From: Azolla caroliniana
Taxonomy: Eukaryota > Plantae > Polypodiophyta
Direction of reading: 5' to 3'
DNA length: 64,000 nucleotides
Assembly (NCBI GenBank): GCA_043228905.1
Contig: JBHGNT010000021.1
Location: 2,666,001-2,730,000, forward strand
In this document: piece after piece, positions 12,101-24,801 of the stretch
Layout: each line of letters begins with the position of its first letter
Position numbering within the stretch: the stretch's first letter is position 1
Made by a program: the position numbers and the translations under genes
The notes under the pieces: generated by a model
Databases searched by the model: none
What the model was told of the DNA's origin: nothing
The model's input: the letters and a program-made list of their open reading frames with translations, nothing else

Positions 12101-15100
12101 AAGGGCAATCCTTCTCCTTTGACAAATATTCATTAATTACGCACCATTTAAAGTGTTGGTAAACATATCAGCAATGTTTTCCTTGCCAGCAATTACATGC
12201 TAGTTTGTAAAGTAAAAACTATAAAATCTTTGCTCCTCGTTGGCAAACATGATTCTTTGCCAAAGTAGTGTTCACTTTTACTACCGGAATAGTTAGGAAA
12301 TTATAGGTGTGTACACATATCTTCATTAATTGCATTATCCACTACGCTTCCGATGCAGCAAAGACATTTGCATACTGATTCATTTGAAGAAGCTGATACA
12401 TAATATTGATTCTTATTTGTTAACCAAGAAATGGCTCACCACCGAACATAAAACAATTTATAAAGCCTTGACATGGATCTCTTATCATCCAGACAGTGAT
12501 CCCAATCAGCATCAAAATAACCATAAACTTCATCACCATCAGAGTATTAGGGATGTAATGCCATAACCAGCTTTGTTAGATAGAAATTTTGATTTCTTTA
12601 CATGTAGGTGTGAGATGTGACGTGTTATTAAAGTGACTTAATATATCAAGTGCAGAATATACATATGGTCTTGTTGTTGTGAAACTGAGGCTTCACGATT
12701 TTAAAACAATGTGAAGAAGCTAAAGAATGTTATTGTCCCACCACCTGAAGCTTGCGACAAGGAGCGCGTCCCATTTTACGGTTCGTGAAATCAAAATCGG
12801 AAGCCCAAGATACAACCTCCAAAAGGATCATGCTAGGTTCAAGATTGTTAAGGACAAAAATGTAATTATGTCAGAGGGTGAGGTTGAGATAAAATAAGGA
12901 AGATTTTGTAATTTTTCAAAAGGTGTAATTTTATAATGGAGATTTAAAAAAGAAAAAATGCAACCGCGCGTGTCAAGCGGTGAGCAAACCGCCTCAAGGA
13001 AGGTGGCAAAGGCGGTTTGCCCCCCATAAAAGCCCGTCCCATGGTAGGAGAGGGCATAGAAAGTGAATGAAGGAGCTCGCAAGGATAAAGAAGGCACCCC
13101 CGTCAAAGAGGCTGATCAAGAAGATGGTATATGCAGGAAGTGTATAGCCTATACAATACAATACAAAAACTAGAAGAAAGAAAAGAAAAGAAGAAAAAGA
13201 GGTGTGTCGAACTGGTCAATTTCAAACACTCCTTCCCAAGGAGAGGTCGCGAGTTCAAGTTTTTCCAAAGCAGTTTATATTGGTAAACAAGTTGTGTAAG
13301 ATAAAAATAATAAATATAAAAGAGAAAGGAAAGGAAAATAAATAGAGAAGGAGAAAGGTTGAAGTGGTTTACCAAAAAAGCCTTTATTCCAAAAGGGGAG
13401 GAGATAGATTCAAATCTTGCCAGAACAGCTTTTGGCAAATAAATATTGTAGATGTTTTTTTTAATCAATTAATTTTCTTTTCTCAACAACTTTGCATCTG
13501 TCTCGTCTTCTTGCCATCGCACCATCCATGATTACATCTTGTCATACCGATCGTCTCCAAGTCACAGAACCCTGGCGGTTGCAACACACAACCGCAATCT
13601 TTACGACATCATATCAGTTTTTTCCTAGAATCATGGTGTGGTTCTGAAGACTCAAAGATGTCAGTCACCCTCTGCCAAATGTTTTTCTAATAAATGGGCA
13701 TTTTTTATAAACTGCATGATTAGGATCTTTCTAGGTATTTTTACAGTTTATTCTCATGATACTTGCAAGTTTTATGCTTCTAGCCTTGGTACTTCCTTCA
13801 GATTTTATTTCTAGAAGCCTTGCTTTTATTGGGGGGGGGGGGGGGGAATCTTGGAAGTGCCAAGTACACCTTGAAGATTCAATCAGGGATCTGACCTTAG
13901 CTCAGCCTTGGGCTCAGGTAAACTGTCACAGCTTGCAATTCTCCATTTTGTAATCTTGCAAGATATGCCTAAGTAGCTTATTGTGAGATAAATAGGCAAT
14001 CTTTTAATTGCCAAACTCAGATATTGCTATAATAATGTACTCAACTTGTATGCCAAGAAATAAGCAAACATTAACAAAAGATGAAGAGGAAAGCTACAGT
14101 GCCACCACGATATAGAACACATAGATTCGGATCTGCAATAGAGCATCTGAATTGAGTAGTATCACATTCACAGTCAGTATGATAAGAGTTCTATGGAGGT
14201 GGAAATAGGAATAGATTCAGACTTTCAAGAAATGTAGGCAGTATGATAAAGGCGAGGATTGCAACCTTCTTCAGGAGAACATACTCATACTAGATTTCCT
14301 GAAGAGAGCTTCCGGGAGATCCAGCTTTGAATGTCACAAAGACAGATAGACATGGTAATTCTTACCACATCTACTACATAAAGATCTAGAGCAGACAGCA
14401 GCATGAGCTTCAAAAGCTGGAGAGGCAGAACGTGTCAAACACTAATGCTCTGGTAATCAATCTTGCGTATGATATCATTGACTCCAGTTCCCATCAGAAA
14501 ATCTCGAAGCCATACCTGTTATTTTAAGGTTTGTTCAAATCCACAATGAGATAGCCACTTTCCTCATCATGATCACGTCATAGCCAATCTCTGATTAGTA
14601 AATAGCTTTGTGTTTCAGCATTACCTTGAGATAAAACCTTTTGTTCCTTCATCAATGTGCAAAGCTCAGATACATTGACAGTTGTACATCTGACTAATCT
14701 TGAATTTTAATTGAACCTTAGAATACATCAGACGTCCTCCACCATCCTTTCCCTCAATGACCCATTACTAATCCAGCATTCATTCACTAACTGTATGATC
14801 TCTTCCACATTACAAGTATAAAAAGATATTATGACCATTTCGACCACTTCCTTTTACAATATGTTTTGTATCTCAATACTAAAATAAATAGGATTTTCGT
14901 AGACAGTTGTGTATTTGTGAGTTAGCATTAGAAGCATGCTTGTTACATTTCCGTGCAACTGCCCAGGTTAGAAACTTGAAATTCTCTTGACAAAATGACA
15001 GGCAGCTATGATTATATAGTAGCTGCTAGCTACTTTTCACCAATATATGTGGAATTTAAATTGATTTCATTTATTGTGTATTACCTGGTGCTAAATTAGG

Positions 15101-18100
15101 TTAAAGCAAAGAGATAAAGAAGGATTGGAATATCTGGAATGAGCTTTACTACTTCCATCTTTGGTAAGGTATCAATAAATCCTTGATTAGTAATTTATAT
15201 CTGTGGTCAGTTTATTCTTTATACTATTTTTAACTGCCCATAACATAATCTAGAGAAAGAACGTCCATAAAACTTACCGCACGTTCAGCAGTATGCTGAT
15301 AACGTTCCAATCTGGCTCTTCGCCTCTCAGCAGTTTCTCCATTAATTTCTTGGAATTCACCAGAAGTAGACGCAACACCTAGAGAAGCAAGGAAATACTT
15401 AGCATCTGCAAATTACAATCAAATGTTTGTAACTAAACATTTTAGTTTCTTTCTCTTTCATACCAAAAAGTGATGTCCAATCATCATTCAAGCTTGTGGT
15501 TGTTACTTTACTAGCAGTAGCTGATGCATTAGAGCTCTTTTGAGATCCTTCATTTGAAGGCTCTTTGCTGGACTGTCCACTCATTCAAAACACATCAGGC
15601 AGAAAATAGTTTCTCAATATACACATCACACATCTGATTTTCATTTGCTTATTAGAGCAATCAGATAATTAAGAAAGAACCGCTTAATTGGTGGAGATCT
15701 TTAAATTAGTTTCTAAATTTATAGATATTGTAAAACTGAATTTGGTTATTAGAGAAACCCAATAAAGCAGACAGATATGATAGCTTACTTTTGATGGGGA
15801 CTTCTGTCTCGACACACTATTGGCACGCAAACTCGATGAAAAGTACGCTTCAAAATCATCATCAATTCTTTGCCGCACTCTTTCAGCTGCAGTTTTTTCA
15901 GTCTTCTCTTGTGCATCTGCTGCTGCCCTTTCAGTCGCTCTTTGCCGGGCTTCTGAATTTGCTTTTTCCACAGCAGCTTGCTCAGCTCGAGCTCGAGCTT
16001 CACTCATGGCTCTCTCAACAGCAGCCTTCTCTGCATTAGCAACTCTTTCCCTCGCCTCTACTGCTGCCCTTCCGCGTGCTTCTGAAATCACTCTCTCTAC
16101 AGTGGCCCTTTCTAAAGAAGCTTTTTCTCGAGCTTCTACTGCTGCTCTTTCTCTGGCCTCAGTTGTGGCTCTCTCTACAGCAGCCCTTCCTAAAGAAGCT
16201 TTTTCACGAGCCCGTATTGCTGCCCTTTCACGTGCTTCAGCAGTTGCTCTTTCAACAGCAGCCCTTTCTAAAGAAGCTTTTTGTCTAGCATCAACTACAG
16301 CTCTCTCTTCAGCAGCCCTTTCACGAGTCTCTTCAAATGCTCTTTCTCGCACCTCAGCATTAGCTCTTTCTACTGCTACTCTCTGGGCTATTGCTCGCTG
16401 TCTTGCCTCAACAGCTGCTCTTTCACGTACCTCTGATGTAACTGTCTCAACCACCATTCTTTGCTTTGCCTTCATAGCTTCTCTTTCTTGTGCCTCAGCA
16501 GTGGCTTTTTCCATTGTGGCTCTTTCATAAGACACTTGATGAGCTCGTTCAGCATCTATTTGATCTCTCTCTCCACTCTCTTTTTTCTTCTCCTTTTCTC
16601 TTTCGTTTTGCTGTTTCTCTGTATCTTGTTGCCCCCTCTCCTCTCTTTTGGTTTCTTCCTTCACATAATTAGATTTTTCCTCCCTCTCTTCCTCTTCTCT
16701 TTCATTAAATTCACTGTTTGCATCTTCATAATCCAATTCATCATCTCCACCTGTGTCACTATCCTGTTCTTTGTCTTCTTTTATGCTTCCACCTACGGAA
16801 TCTGCTTCCTTTTCTTCTTTTTCATTAACATGTGGGTTAGACCTTGCTCTTGCCATTGCTTGTTCCATAGCACTTGCCGATGCTGCTGCAGCTTCATTGC
16901 CCTCCATCATCTCTTGATCTGCTAGTGTAACTTCCCTATCTTTCCTATCAGCCATTTGCACTCTCAAAACACTTGTGTCAGGGTCTTCTGCTTCATCAAA
17001 AACACTGCCAAACTTATCATAACCAGATTTATTATCATTTATTATCACCCCTCTTGTGATTGAGGATGGCTTAAAAAACTGAGGAAATTAATTAAAAACA
17101 AAATCAGTTCCGATACTACCTTCTTTGACATTTGCATTTCTTTGGCTCATTTTTGCGTAACTTTGTTTCAAATCGGGCAATTGTGGAGGCCTTCTTGATG
17201 GAGGAGGCATCACAGTTGGTTTTGTCACTAATTTCACAGCTTCAACAGAGACCCACACCTCTTTGTCTTGTGTCCTTCCAAGAACATATTTTGGAAGCTT
17301 CCAAGAGTTCTCATCTGCCTCATCGAAATCTTGTTTGTTTCGTTGTGAATGCATTGCTTCATCCAAATCTTGTTTGTTTCTCCTTGAATGGTTTACTTCA
17401 TTGAATTCTTGTTTGTTTCTTCTTGAATCAATTGCTTCATCAAAAATTTTAATGTTTTTCCTCGAAAGGATTGGTGAACCCTCAAAATGATCATATGTAT
17501 TAGTTGAAGATCTTATATTTTCTTTTGCTGGACTGTAACTTGGATGATCTTTTCTTGACTCAAAGAAATCAATATCAATTTGTCCATTATCCTTCTCTGT
17601 AATACCATGTTGTGAAGCATTTCCGGATACCGGAATATTTTTATAGTTTACATCATTTGAATGATGTCTATTTTGCACGCCTGTAGATTGGGCTGAAATC
17701 TTGGCATCCATACATGGAACCCTCACAGTAGAGGATGGAACAGTTGAGTCTAGGATAATAAATGGGTCATCCAGATGTACATGGAAAGAATCATTCAAGG
17801 CCTTGCTATGAGTGCCTTTCTCTACATTAATTGGTACACTAGTAGTTTTCCTGAAAGAATACAACAGCATTGTCAGATTTGCATGGTGATACAACATCCC
17901 AACCTGACACTTCCAATTGTATGATATATAAAGGAAAAGATTCACCATACACGTCACACAGAGTCTTCTATGCTCTACCAAGTTTTGCTTTTTGAATATG
18001 GCTACAAGTTAAAACATTAACGATCAAGTTTGGCACAATCTGCAATATGTTAGAACTCCCCTGCAAAACTCCGTTAGTCCAGCTCAATGATGATTATGGG

Positions 18101-19877
18101 GTATGAACAATCCATCAGCTTTGATGCCTCCATCTTTTGTCTCATTCTCAAGACAGCAACCTTGATTGTCATTGTAGTGATACCAATGTTGATCATTGGA
18201 AAATACATGATGGATCATGCAGCCACAGATGAGCATTTTGTACCATTATTCATGTTAACACATAGAGATATCCTTTGAATGAAATGGTTCAAAAGCTGTT
18301 CTGGCAGAAGCTCATGGAACTTAATTTATCAGTTTACTACTAGACTAATCACTAAGGACAAGTCATGAAAGATCTTTCCAACCCCTTGACAAATATGTTG
18401 CCTTTACATCAAAATAAGCTCAATAACATTCAATTCAATTTACAGCCAATCACAAACGAAAACCAAGAGCAATTACACACTGCGACATTAAGCCAAAGCC
18501 ATTTTCAGGTTCAAGAGTAAGATCCCAACCTTTGGAACAAGTATAGCGTCACTCCAGGAATTCATGTTGTTTGTCTTTAGGATTTTGGTTTTCTTTCACA
18601 ACTTTACATTGAATCAGCCCCCTCTAGTTAAAGACCTTCAACATGGACGGTCAAAAAGGTGAAATGTGCACATTACCATGTGTAATATGAACAGTCACAT
18701 GACAAACCAATGAGCTTCATCTATATAGTCTTTATATGGAACCCTCATTTTATGAGTTCTATCTATCTCTATGCTAATTAATGAAATCTTAAATGTTCAT
18801 CGAGTAAATTCATTGCGTAACTTCCATAATGTTTAGCCCAGTCTATGATCCCCTGTACAATATCCAAAACTTTGAATTCTCCTAAAAGTCATGAAAAATA
18901 GGGATTGTATTATGGATATGAAAGGATGAGAAACATGTAGTAGCATACCAAGGCCTTGTTGGTGCAGCACTCCCAAATCCAGGGAGAAGGTCATCACAAT
19001 CATGAACCAATGGCACTGCAGACTCCACTTTGAGATGCATATTCGATGGCATATCTTTCAAAACATTTCTTGAAGGTACCCCAAGTACATCATTGAACAG
19101 ATTACTGCTACCAGACTCCATTCTGGGGAGCATATTCAATGGTGCACTTTTTGAATCTATACTTTTAGATATCCCAAATAGATCATCCATCACATCAGCT
19201 GTCATTTGGTGCATATGTGATGCGGCACCTTTTGAATCTATATTTGTAGATACTCCAAATAGATCATCGATAAGATTAGTCCCATTACCAACTACACCAT
19301 CATAGATCAAATTGGTGTTGCCCTTGATTCCAGGTATCCCACCAAATATATCATCATCATATAAAGGAGCATCAAAAACAGGCAATAAAGAACCGTTGTT
19401 AATGGAAGAAGAAGACATTTTAGTTGATGATGGTTCAACTTCAGATTGCATATCAAAAAAGTTGTCATATTTCACAGTATGTTGATGCAATTTAGTCGGT
19501 TTTTTGGTAGCATTAATGAATATATCATCATGAAAGAGAGGGATCACCTTTTGTTTTTCAGAATTTTTGGATTGAAACGAACTCAATCCGTCCATCGAGG
19601 TTCCAAAAAGGAGCTCTTCTTCTTCAATTCCTCCTCGGACCGAGAAATGGTCATGTTTTCCACTGTTTACTTGTCTATCGCTTACTGATGGAGTATCATA
19701 GACGAAAGATGAATTGTTTTCATGGTTTTCCTGTTTATTTGTTACTGTTGGGGTACCATAGATTGAAGATGAAAAATATGATGATGTTAGTGATGACTTA
19801 GCCGTAGAAATAGGAGTCGATTCACCTGTTTTTCTAAGGCTAACGTCTCCTTGAAGCATATCAACAAGGTCTTCCAT
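9132..19877 (-). CDS. Auxilin-like / auxilin-related J-domain protein (clathrin-uncoating co-chaperone), ~1190 codons; contains one in-frame TAA at 17088-17090
   Basis: Phase-consistent GT-AG exons: 19877-18949, 17850-15789, 15572-15464, 15378-15278, 10570-10505, 10182-10093, 9782-9606, 9170-9132. The C-terminus [13 protein letters not shown]...[27 protein letters not shown]...[13 protein letters not shown]...[12 protein letters not shown] is the plant auxilin-like J-domain with HPD. An ERA-rich coiled coil and DPF/DLF motifs lie upstream. Confidence 0.88.
16090..16330 (-). repeat. Coding tandem repeat, 78 bp (26 aa) unit, about 3 copies, in the auxilin coiled coil
   Basis: gccct(t/c)ctaaagaagcttttt recurs at 16105, 16183 and 16261 (KASL(E/G)RA(A/T)VER...EAR units). 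Confidence 0.8.
17320..17440 (-). repeat. Coding tandem repeat, 39 bp (13 aa) unit, 3 copies
   Basis: tcttgtttgtttc recurs at 17329, 17368 and 17407; peptide [13 protein letters not shown] / [13 protein letters not shown] / [11 protein letters not shown]. Confidence 0.8.
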
Positions 19878-20010
19878 TGTGAACTTAGGGATTTTACATC
19901 GAACTGAGAGGCATCTCTGCAGATGGATGGATGTGTAAATAGTAGAAACGGGAGTCCATGGGAATAAAGAAAACCAAGCAGAAACCGAATTTATCAATGT
20001 TCTTAAAAGA

Positions 20011-20040
20011 GAAGAAGAAGAAGAAGAAGAAGAAGAAGAA
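20011..20040. repeat. (GAA)10 microsatellite in the putative 5' UTR of the auxilin-like gene
   Basis: Directly visible; it forms a pyrimidine-rich (TTC)n leader on the gene's sense strand. Confidence 0.85.
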
Positions 20041-20098
20041 GGAGCAGGAACTCTGAGCGTGGAAATGGCGATGGCGCTCCTGCGTAGGAAGAACAAGG

Positions 20099-20107
20099 TT
20101 TTATAAA
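20099..20107 (-). promoter_or_regulatory. Candidate TATA box of the auxilin-like gene
   Basis: TATAAAA on the minus strand just upstream of the (TTC)n leader, ~225 bp from the ATG; positional inference only. Confidence 0.35.
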
Positions 20108-20269
20108 TAATAATAATTATAATTTATGAAGGTTTTATTCAATTTCACATAATACCCCTGATATTGTGAAATGCACATAACAGCAATCCAATCCAAACCA
20201 GCTTGCTTAGCTTCTTACTTATCGTTCAATTTATAGAAGATACAAAGGTACCCATTTTGGATTGGCCTA

Positions 20270-23200
20270 GCTACATGCGTGCCAAAAGGGTATTTGCTAA
20301 AAGGGGTGGTGTGATAAAAGGCATGCACTCGCATGAAAGGGACACCACATTTCCCCCCTGAGAAAAACAAGGAGTTTTACGACATGGGCAAAGGAGGGGT
20401 GTTAGAAGATAGGCTTGGTGGGGTAGCATAGGGCTTGATACGGGCAACATGGGCGGAGGTGAATCGGCCGTTGGAATCACGTCGGAGCAAGTAAGTAGTG
20501 GATTTGATGGCACGAACTATTGTGAACAGGTCGATCCATCGGTGCATGAGGGATTCGTTGAGACCACGTTGCCAGACCAAGAAGTAAACAAGGACTTTGC
20601 TTCCATCATCATAAGTCGGGGTAATTCGAGCCACATCGTAGTGTCGCTTCTGGCGTTGTTGTGCAACTTGTAGATTTCGAGAGCTAACTTGTCGAAGGAG
20701 GGGGAGCATTTGTTGGGGATAGAGCCCCCAAGTGGCACTGTCCATGTTGGTAGGTTTGGAATGGACGTCAATGGACGATTCTGGTGGGAGCTGAGGGTCG
20801 CGCCCATAGAGTACTCGAAAAGGGTTGATCCGCATTGACGCCTGTACGGATGTATTGTAGGTGTGGGTGACGAAAGGCAAGATTTGGTCCCAGGTTTTGT
20901 GGCATGGATCAATGTAAGCGGCAATCTCCTGCTTGAGGGTCTTGTTGAGGCATTCGGTGAGGCCATTTGTTTGTGGATGGTACGGGGATGTAAACTCTTG
21001 TTGGACACCTAGTTGAGTTGCAACAGCGTTGAGGACATCCCCATGGAACTAGCGGCCCTGACCAGATAAGAGTTGAACAGGGCAACCATGTTGAAAAATT
21101 ACCTTCTGCAAAAGTTGGGAGGCAATTGTTGGCGCAGTGACGTCAAGGATGGCAACAGTTTCAGCCCATCTGGTGAGGAATTCTATTATGACCAGGATAT
21201 ACATGTTGCCCCTCGAGGTTTCGGGAAAAGGTCCCATGAAATCCCATCTAACAAGCTCAACATGTGACGTGACGGTGATGGGCTGGAGCGTACCAGCGGC
21301 TTGCCCACATGTTTGATTTGTTGACACAAAGCACATTGTTTGATGTAGGTAGAGACAGAGTGTCGCATAGTGGGCCAGTAATACTTGAGGCGTAATTTTT
21401 TGAGAACCTTCTGGAAACCCAGATGGTCCGACAATGGGTGGTCGTGATAAAATTGGAGATACATTTATTGTAGGGCATGAGAGATGTGGAGACGAGGCTC
21501 GTAATGCGCCTGAATGAAGAACACCAAGTTATCATGGAGCATGAACCACCGTTGTGAGGGAAATGGTTGAAGGGAGCACAATTGATAGGTTGTCTGTTGG
21601 ATGGCGGGGTCGTGTTGTAGAAGTTTAGCGAGTTGTTGCAATGGCAACGGAAGATCGGATGTCTCTGGGAGAAATTGGACAGCTTGGAAGTCGGCACGAG
21701 AGAGACTATCAACGACCAAATTAGTTAGACCTTTCCGATAGGAGAGGGTAAACTGATAATCTTGGAGTGTCAGCGTCCATCGCAACAAGTGGCCCATGGG
21801 GTGAGGTCGATGGATAAGAGAAAGCAAGGGTTGGTGGTCAGTCTCAACCGTAACCTATCCACCATGAAGCGATGATGGAAATACCAGAAGATCGCAAGTA
21901 GTTCCTTCTCGATGGTTGAGTAATTGCGTTCAGCTAGTGTGAGAGTGTGGCTAATGAAGGCGACCGCCTTTTCTTGCCTGTGGCAATCGGCATGTAGGAG
22001 GATGGCTCCTAACCCATGGTTTCATGTGTCTGTCTACAATGTGAACGGTTGGTCAAAGTTAGGATGGGCGAGCAACCCCGATTCCTGGACCATGGTTTTG
22101 AGGCGATGGAAGCTATCTTCACAAGCAGGATCCCAAATGAATGACAAACCTTTCTTCAAGAGTTGGCGGAGGGGAAAAGTGACCAAGGTGAGGTTCAGGA
22201 TGAACCGAAGGGAAAAGACATGCCCAAAAACCGTTGCAATGATTTTATTGAGGTGGGGTGGGGGTAGTGGTGATGGTAGTTACCTTTGCAGGGTCCATAC
22301 AGATTCAGTCATCAGAGATGATGAATCCGAGAAAACGAAGGTTGTTGCTTCCCCATCGACACTTCTTCCATTGGAGTTGCAAGTTATGCTTAGTTATGCA
22401 AACGAGAACTTCAGCGAGAGTTTGTAGATGGTCCTCCCAAGTGGTTGTGTGGATAAGGATGTCATCGAGATAAACGAGGAGGACACCTTTGTTGATAAGG
22501 GCGGTGAAAATGGAGTTTGCCATGTGTTGGAATGTGTTGTCGGCATCAGACAGGCCGAACAACATGCAAGTGAACTGGAACAGCCCGCGTCGTGTGTGGA
22601 ATGCGGTCTTGTGGGCGTCAGAAGATTTTAGGGGGATATGCCAATATCCCGAGGCTAAGTCAAGGGAGGTGAAATAACGGGAGACACCGAGCTTATTTAA
22701 GAGGTCGTCCACGCAAGGGAGTGGGTAGAGATCATGGATAGTCACTTTGTTTAGAGGTCTGAAGTCGATGCAAAAGAGGAAGGTGCCATCGTCCTTCTTG
22801 ACGAGGTGGGGTTCTGAAACCCAATCGTTGGTGGAAGGAATGATAATACCTTTGGCGAGCATGTCGGTGACGGCAACATCGATGCGATCGTGGTTGAGGG
22901 GGGAACATCAGCGGATAGCCATGTGGATTGGAGTGGCTTCCCCGGTACGAATGGCATGTTGTACCGCGAAAGTGACGGTAAGAGCATGAGTAGGTTGGAG
23001 GGTTAGTGACGGAAAACGAACTAATAATTGGCAGATGGAGACCAATCGCTCTGGTGGACTAAGGGCCACCTGAACTTGGCTAAGGTGGGGGACAAGGGAG
23101 CTATCGTGTAGGAGGGGATAGGGGGAGCATGTGGGACAAGAAGTTTGTGGGCATTGAAATCAATCACGGCGCAATGCTTGAGGAACCAATCACAACCTAA

Positions 23201-23791
23201 GGTGAGGGGGAAGAGTTGGTGGGGCAAGACATAAAAGTGGTGTGAGAAGATGAGAGTGCCTAAGGTGAAGGTGTGGTGGGCTTGTGTGTGAGAGTGGTAT
23301 AGATGTTGGTGATCACCAAAAAGGACTTGGATGGAAGGAGCGGTGGATGTGGGGAGGCCTAACTGGTGAACTATGGCAGTGCTAATAGAAGAGATATTGC
23401 TACCAGAGTCTAACAAGACGGTGTGGGTGAAGTGATTGATGGTGGCAAGCGCGGTGCATACCTACGAACTGGAAGAGGCGGACGCTTGGATGTGGGGAGT
23501 TGGCTCTTCCATCAGCACCCTAGAAGTTAGTTTCTCGGAAGCTCAGCCAACGATGTCGTGTCAACCATGGTTATTTGGACTTGTTGGTTGTGAGACTGTT
23601 GTTGCAATTTCCAGCAGTGACGTCAGACGTGTCCATAATTGTGGCAGTAGAAACACTTTGGGCGCCCTTGGCCATCGTGATGGGGAAGGTTGTGGCGAGC
23701 CTGCAGTTGCACGTTTTGGACATCAATGTCCATAAGGGCCGCTCCCTGGTACTGGGCTCGTAGGTCGGTCAATGATGGATGGGCCCAACGT
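20270..23791 (-). mobile_element. Degenerate Ty3/gypsy LTR retrotransposon (outermost host of the nest): gag zinc knuckle, PR, RT, RH, INT, PPT and start of the 3' LTR
   Basis: Minus strand: LMDID...CFYCHNYGHV*RHC (~23740-23605), LDSGS (23416), DFRPLN / LDLASGYWH / YLDD (22862-22305), RNase H, and an integrase HHCC plus core (21464-20377). PPT AGGGGGGAAA at 20359-20350 is followed by TGTGG at 20349. Confidence 0.85.
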
Positions 23792-24284
23792 TGTCGTGGA
23801 GAAAACCGTCCCTAGGTGGAATCGAAGAATATCGGGAGAATTGGCGGTGTGCACCATGTGCACTTACTCTTGTAAAAACGTGTGAATAGTAGGAGTCAAG
23901 TCGGGACAGAGAATCCCATGTAAGTCGGGATTTATCCCACATTATTAGCAGCTCCCTCCTTGTTCTATAAATGGAAGGGAGCGCCTCTTGTGAAAGGGTT
24001 GCCCATTTTTGAGTCGTAAGGGTATACCATTTTGTGCTTCCTTTCTAGGGTTAGTTACATTCTTTCCTTCTTTTCCTTCTTTTCCTTCTTCTCCTTCTTC
24101 TCCTTCTCGAGAAGTCGGGCGGCAACTATGGCGGGAAAGCTATTAGGTTAACTCTTCTTCTTTTGAGTGTACTTGGCTCGCGGCCGGGGTTGTATCCCCC
24201 CCCCCCCCTTGTTGTAGGTTAGCTTCTGCTCGGCCTCCTGTGCAAGACCCCGCTCGGCGCGACGAGCCTGAGAGCTCCCCAACA
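23792..24284 (+). repeat. 5' LTR of the gag-only element
   Basis: TGTCGTGGAG...CTCCCCAACA (imperfect terminal inverted repeat) and CTATAAAT near 23965. Matches 37405-37757 apart from a ~140 bp extra block. Confidence 0.9.
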
Positions 24285-24801
24285 GCGGCTTGGCGGCAGA
24301 CTGTTGTTGCAACCTAGCTTACCTCGGTCCGGTTCGGAGCCGGAGTTGTAATCCACTCTTGAAATCATATATATATACAGGGTTTTGCATATTTGTATCC
24401 CTGTTGGTGTCCGGTGCTTTCCCTTCCATGTGTTTCCTGTACATAAGAGGTGTGTGTTGTGTCGGTGTTGCGCGCGTGTTCTCTCTCTCTCTTCCTCTCT
24501 CACGTTTGGTAGCCACTGGTACGCGTCCAGAATTGCTCCGGGTCGCGCCACAACCAGTGCAGCCGGGACCGGAGAGAAGTCGGCTTCCGACACCCCATCA
24601 CTTCCTCGTCCGAGATCCCTGTGGTCCCGCCCCTCTTCTACACGTACCCTCGGAATACCGCGACATATTTGGTGAACCCCACGTGAAGGGCAGCGAGGGA
24701 GAATGTCCGAGCTGGAAGAAGACGACTTCGTGCAACTTTTTGTCGAAGCGGTGAGCGAGTTTGGATGAGCAACAACAAGATGAGAGTCGGCGCAGCAAGC
24801 G

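Noticed and set aside
12640-13960. Possible hAT/MITE insertion in the 4.7 kb auxilin intron
   Set aside because: A CAGGGTT-like end is seen near 13574 but no matching terminal inverted repeat or TSD was found.
15791-16925. Plus-strand ORFs, including the 236 aa Ala/Ser/Leu-rich frame
   Set aside because: Antisense shadows of the repetitive auxilin coiled-coil exon.
19878-20096. N-terminal extension MFFLRR...SSSSSSSS of ORF 18882-20096 as a transit peptide
   Set aside because: It starts at a non-ATG codon and the Ser run is the 5' UTR microsatellite; the first ATG is at 19877.
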